Assembly: GCA_030390025.1 (NCBI GenBank)
Contig: JASTWF010000353.1
Span: forward strand, 434,001 to 498,000
Direction: 5' to 3'
Source: Squalus acanthias
Lineage: Eukaryota
DNA: 64,000 bases
Numbering within the stretch: position 1 is the first letter of the stretch; every line of letters begins with the position of its first letter. Position numbers and translations under genes: made by a program. Below, piece by piece: positions 61,651 through 64,000 of the stretch. The notes beneath the pieces were generated by a model. That model was not told the DNA's origin. It saw nothing but the letters and a program-made list of their open reading frames with translations, and searched no databases.

Positions 61651-62423
61651 TCCTCCCTAACCCAGGTTTCTGAATAGCTGGGTGGCGCGGAGGGCGCAGT
61701 GGCTACTACTTCTTCTGCTTTACTTGGTGGGGAATTTCTAAATCTCTCATTTACTAGCGGCTGGCGCGCCGACGGATTGATAAGGCATACCATGCCGTTC
61801 GCATTATTCACGGCCTTTTTGAGGCTCTCTATCTCTTTTTGGCAGGCGCTATGGTCGGCTCCCTGAAACTTATCCTCAAGGGCCAACTTATACGCCGACC
61901 TAACCCCCATTAAGCTCTCTTCTTGAGTTCTTATCTGGGCAGCTTGGCGGTTACATCTTTCCTTCATCCTACTCTCGTTCAATTTTGCTTCAGTGATCTG
62001 GCACTCGAGATACTCTACCCTTGTTTTAAGGTAACTGGAGACTTCCTGGCTTTCCTGGCGTAACTCATTTAAATTCTTAATGAGCACCTCCCCTCCAGAA
62101 ACCTTCTCCTCCATTTCTCCCTCTAAATGGCTGATACGAGCTGTTAGCGCTGTAATGGTCTGGTTTGAAATCTGAACCTGCCTTTTGTAGCACATAAGCC
62201 AGACTGCTTTCTCAACTGCCTTTTTATGTTCCTTACTATCAGTCCATCTTTCAGCTGCCTCTAATGGGCTCTTATCCGCTAACAATTCACTTATCCACTT
62301 TTTAGTTAGATTAACCTTTCCAAACACATAATCCGCTATCTTTTCCTGCATAACATTTCGTACAGTCATTCCAAAATCTAACACACTACCCTCTCGCTGC
62401 CAGTGTCCTGCCGCGGTCGCCAT
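61611..62423 (-). CDS. gag: Gag N-terminal half (coiled-coil rich)
   Basis: 270-aa ORF starting at the PBS; aligns with ORF 3989-4741 (HKK..EKAVWLMC.K.Q, GMVCLI). Confidence 0.82.
   Translation of the reverse strand: MATAAGHWQREGSVLDFGMTVRNVMQEKIADYVFGKVNLTKKWISELLADKSPLEAAERWTDSKEHKKAVEKAVWLMCYKRQVQISNQTITALTARISHLEGEMEEKVSGGEVLIKNLNELRQESQEVSSYLKTRVEYLECQITEAKLNESRMKERCNRQAAQIRTQEESLMGVRSAYKLALEDKFQGADHSACQKEIESLKKAVNNANGMVCLINPSARQPLVNERFRNSPPSKAEEVVATAPSAPPSYSETWVREEATEETKSPLRRK
62405..62422 (-). promoter_or_regulatory. Primer binding site for tRNA-Arg(UCG)
   Basis: TGGCGACCGCGGCAGGAC, 5 nt after the LTR, is complementary to GTCCTGCCGCGGTCG-CCA, the vertebrate tRNA-Arg-TCG 3' end as I recall it. 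Confidence 0.85.
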
Positions 62424-62427
62424 TTTC

Positions 62428-64000
62428 TGTAAGGGATTCTCCTGACCCTGCGTGTCTCGTAGCCTGTGAGATTCACGCGGCTCTGTGCAGCCTGTATGTC
62501 AGTGCGGGTCTAGGCCTGGTTGCCTGTTCTGGTCTCCAGCCAGTCTGGGAACACTAGACACACCTGTGAGTGGTTCGAATCACTCTCCCTTACGGTTCTA
62601 GACACTGGACTTAGATGCGAGAGCAGTAATGGAGATAAAACTCATGTAGACTTGGTTTGAATGGTACGAAATGGAAAATCTTTATTGCATGATACTTAAA
62701 ATTATGAAATACATGTCATACGCACAGATTAATGACAGTACAATCTTACAAACGGTTATAATCAATCTTAGGGAAACGAGGAACGAACGGCACAACGTAA
62801 ATAGGGCACACATTACAAATATCCTTAATCTTTACACCCTCCCCTATCAATATCTATCCTAAACTAGCTTCGTAGGATCTCGAGACTCATGCTCACCACT
62901 CGTAATAACTCGGAGAAATTCCGAATAGCTGATCGGATGTTTTTCACCGCAGCACCCACGTGTCGGTCAGGAGATCTCCTGGTCCCACTTGTTTACTGGC
63001 TTCTGCTGCTCGGGCTAGTAGGCTGGACCGTCTGCTGTAGTGAAGACCTCTGTTGGTGGACTTCACAGTTTAGTCGAGGAGCACCGTTGTCAATATCATT
63101 GATACGATGTGTTTGCACAGTCCAGTTATCATTGATGCAATATGTTTTGTTAGAAGTTTAAAGAGGAAAACTTCCTGGCGAGAAAACTTGGCTGATCGAC
63201 CTACAGGCGCGGTCGGGATTTGCTGACCGTGGCGATGGATATGGTCTTCTTCTCTTCTCCTCTCATCTCATCTCATCTCATCTCATCTCGGGCCTTTGGT
63301 TCCGCTGCCAGTTACCAACATAGGTCTTCGTTACGCGACACGAGGTAGATCCGAACGGATCAGAAAGTTCAACAGTCTTTCAGAAGAGGCAACAGGCACG
63401 CAGAAGCCCAACTACGAGCACACAGGAGCAGCCACGAGGTTACGAATCGACCGGATAAAACACAGGAGCAGCCACGATGATAAAAGCAGCAAGCGAGCAA
63501 GAGGCAAGAGAGAGAATGGACGGTTTGGAGCCTGCAATTATAGTGCAAAAATCTTCCGTTTCCCGCCCAACTATAATGTCCATTCTTTTGTTTAGGGTTT
63601 GGCGCCCAAATGTCTTGTATGGGTGATCTCCGTCCTTAATGGGTTTCGGGGCTACTCATGAATGTTTGAGTACCTGTTAATATTTCTCCCATTGTTAAAT
63701 CGGTCGGTGTTCTCCCTGGAGGGGTTTGGGGCTTCCAAGTGTCCTGTATAACTACCTGCTAACGGCTCTCTCATCGTAGAGCCGTTGGGTGTTTACATAT
63801 TAATGTCCTTTGGATGGGCCCTTAAGTACTTGGTACAATGGCTTTCCTTTGTACCTGGGAGACCGATTCCAGTATCTATGTTTATACTGTAAACCCATAA
63901 TGTCTCGTGTATTATTTTCACTGTGCTGAATCGTTATCGATCTTGCAAAAATGTTTAATGGAACGCCATCTTGTCTGCCTGTTGAAAAGTCTAGAATGTT
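62428..64000 (-). repeat. 5' LTR of element 2 (runs off the window)
   Basis: Near-identical to 49643-51216; TATAATT near 63536-63542 and AATAAA at 62681-62686 on the minus strand. Confidence 0.95.

Larger units (their letters stand above)
49643..64000 (-). mobile_element. Element 2: near-complete endogenous retrovirus-like provirus (lokiretrovirus-like architecture)
   Basis: Direct LTRs at offset 12,785, PBS, gag, pol (PR-RT-RH-RH-IN), env, PPT. Confidence 0.93.

Overview
Eukaryotic repeat-rich DNA with no host protein-coding gene visible; the CR1 LINEs and tandem repeats look like those of a cartilaginous fish (inference). The window holds two related retrovirus-like proviruses on the minus strand. 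Element 1 (1-5526) is truncated by the window edge, has lost pol and has a frameshifted env. Element 2 (49643 to beyond 64000) has near-identical LTRs, a tRNA-Arg PBS, gag, an intact PR-RT-degenerate RNase H-RNase H-IN pol behind a UGA-CUAG readthrough codon, and an env made of an Ig-like domain plus a paramyxo/pneumovirus-F-like fusion protein. This architecture resembles lokiretroviruses. The env of element 2 is split by an inverted solo LTR of the same family with a 4-bp TSD. Between the proviruses lie about 32 kb of a 49-bp satellite that appears to derive from the end of CR1 ORF2, and a near-full-length decayed CR1 carrying a third solo LTR; this block is duplicated at a 15,136-bp offset. 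A 67-bp repeat, a 25-bp repeat and CR1/L2 fragments are also present.
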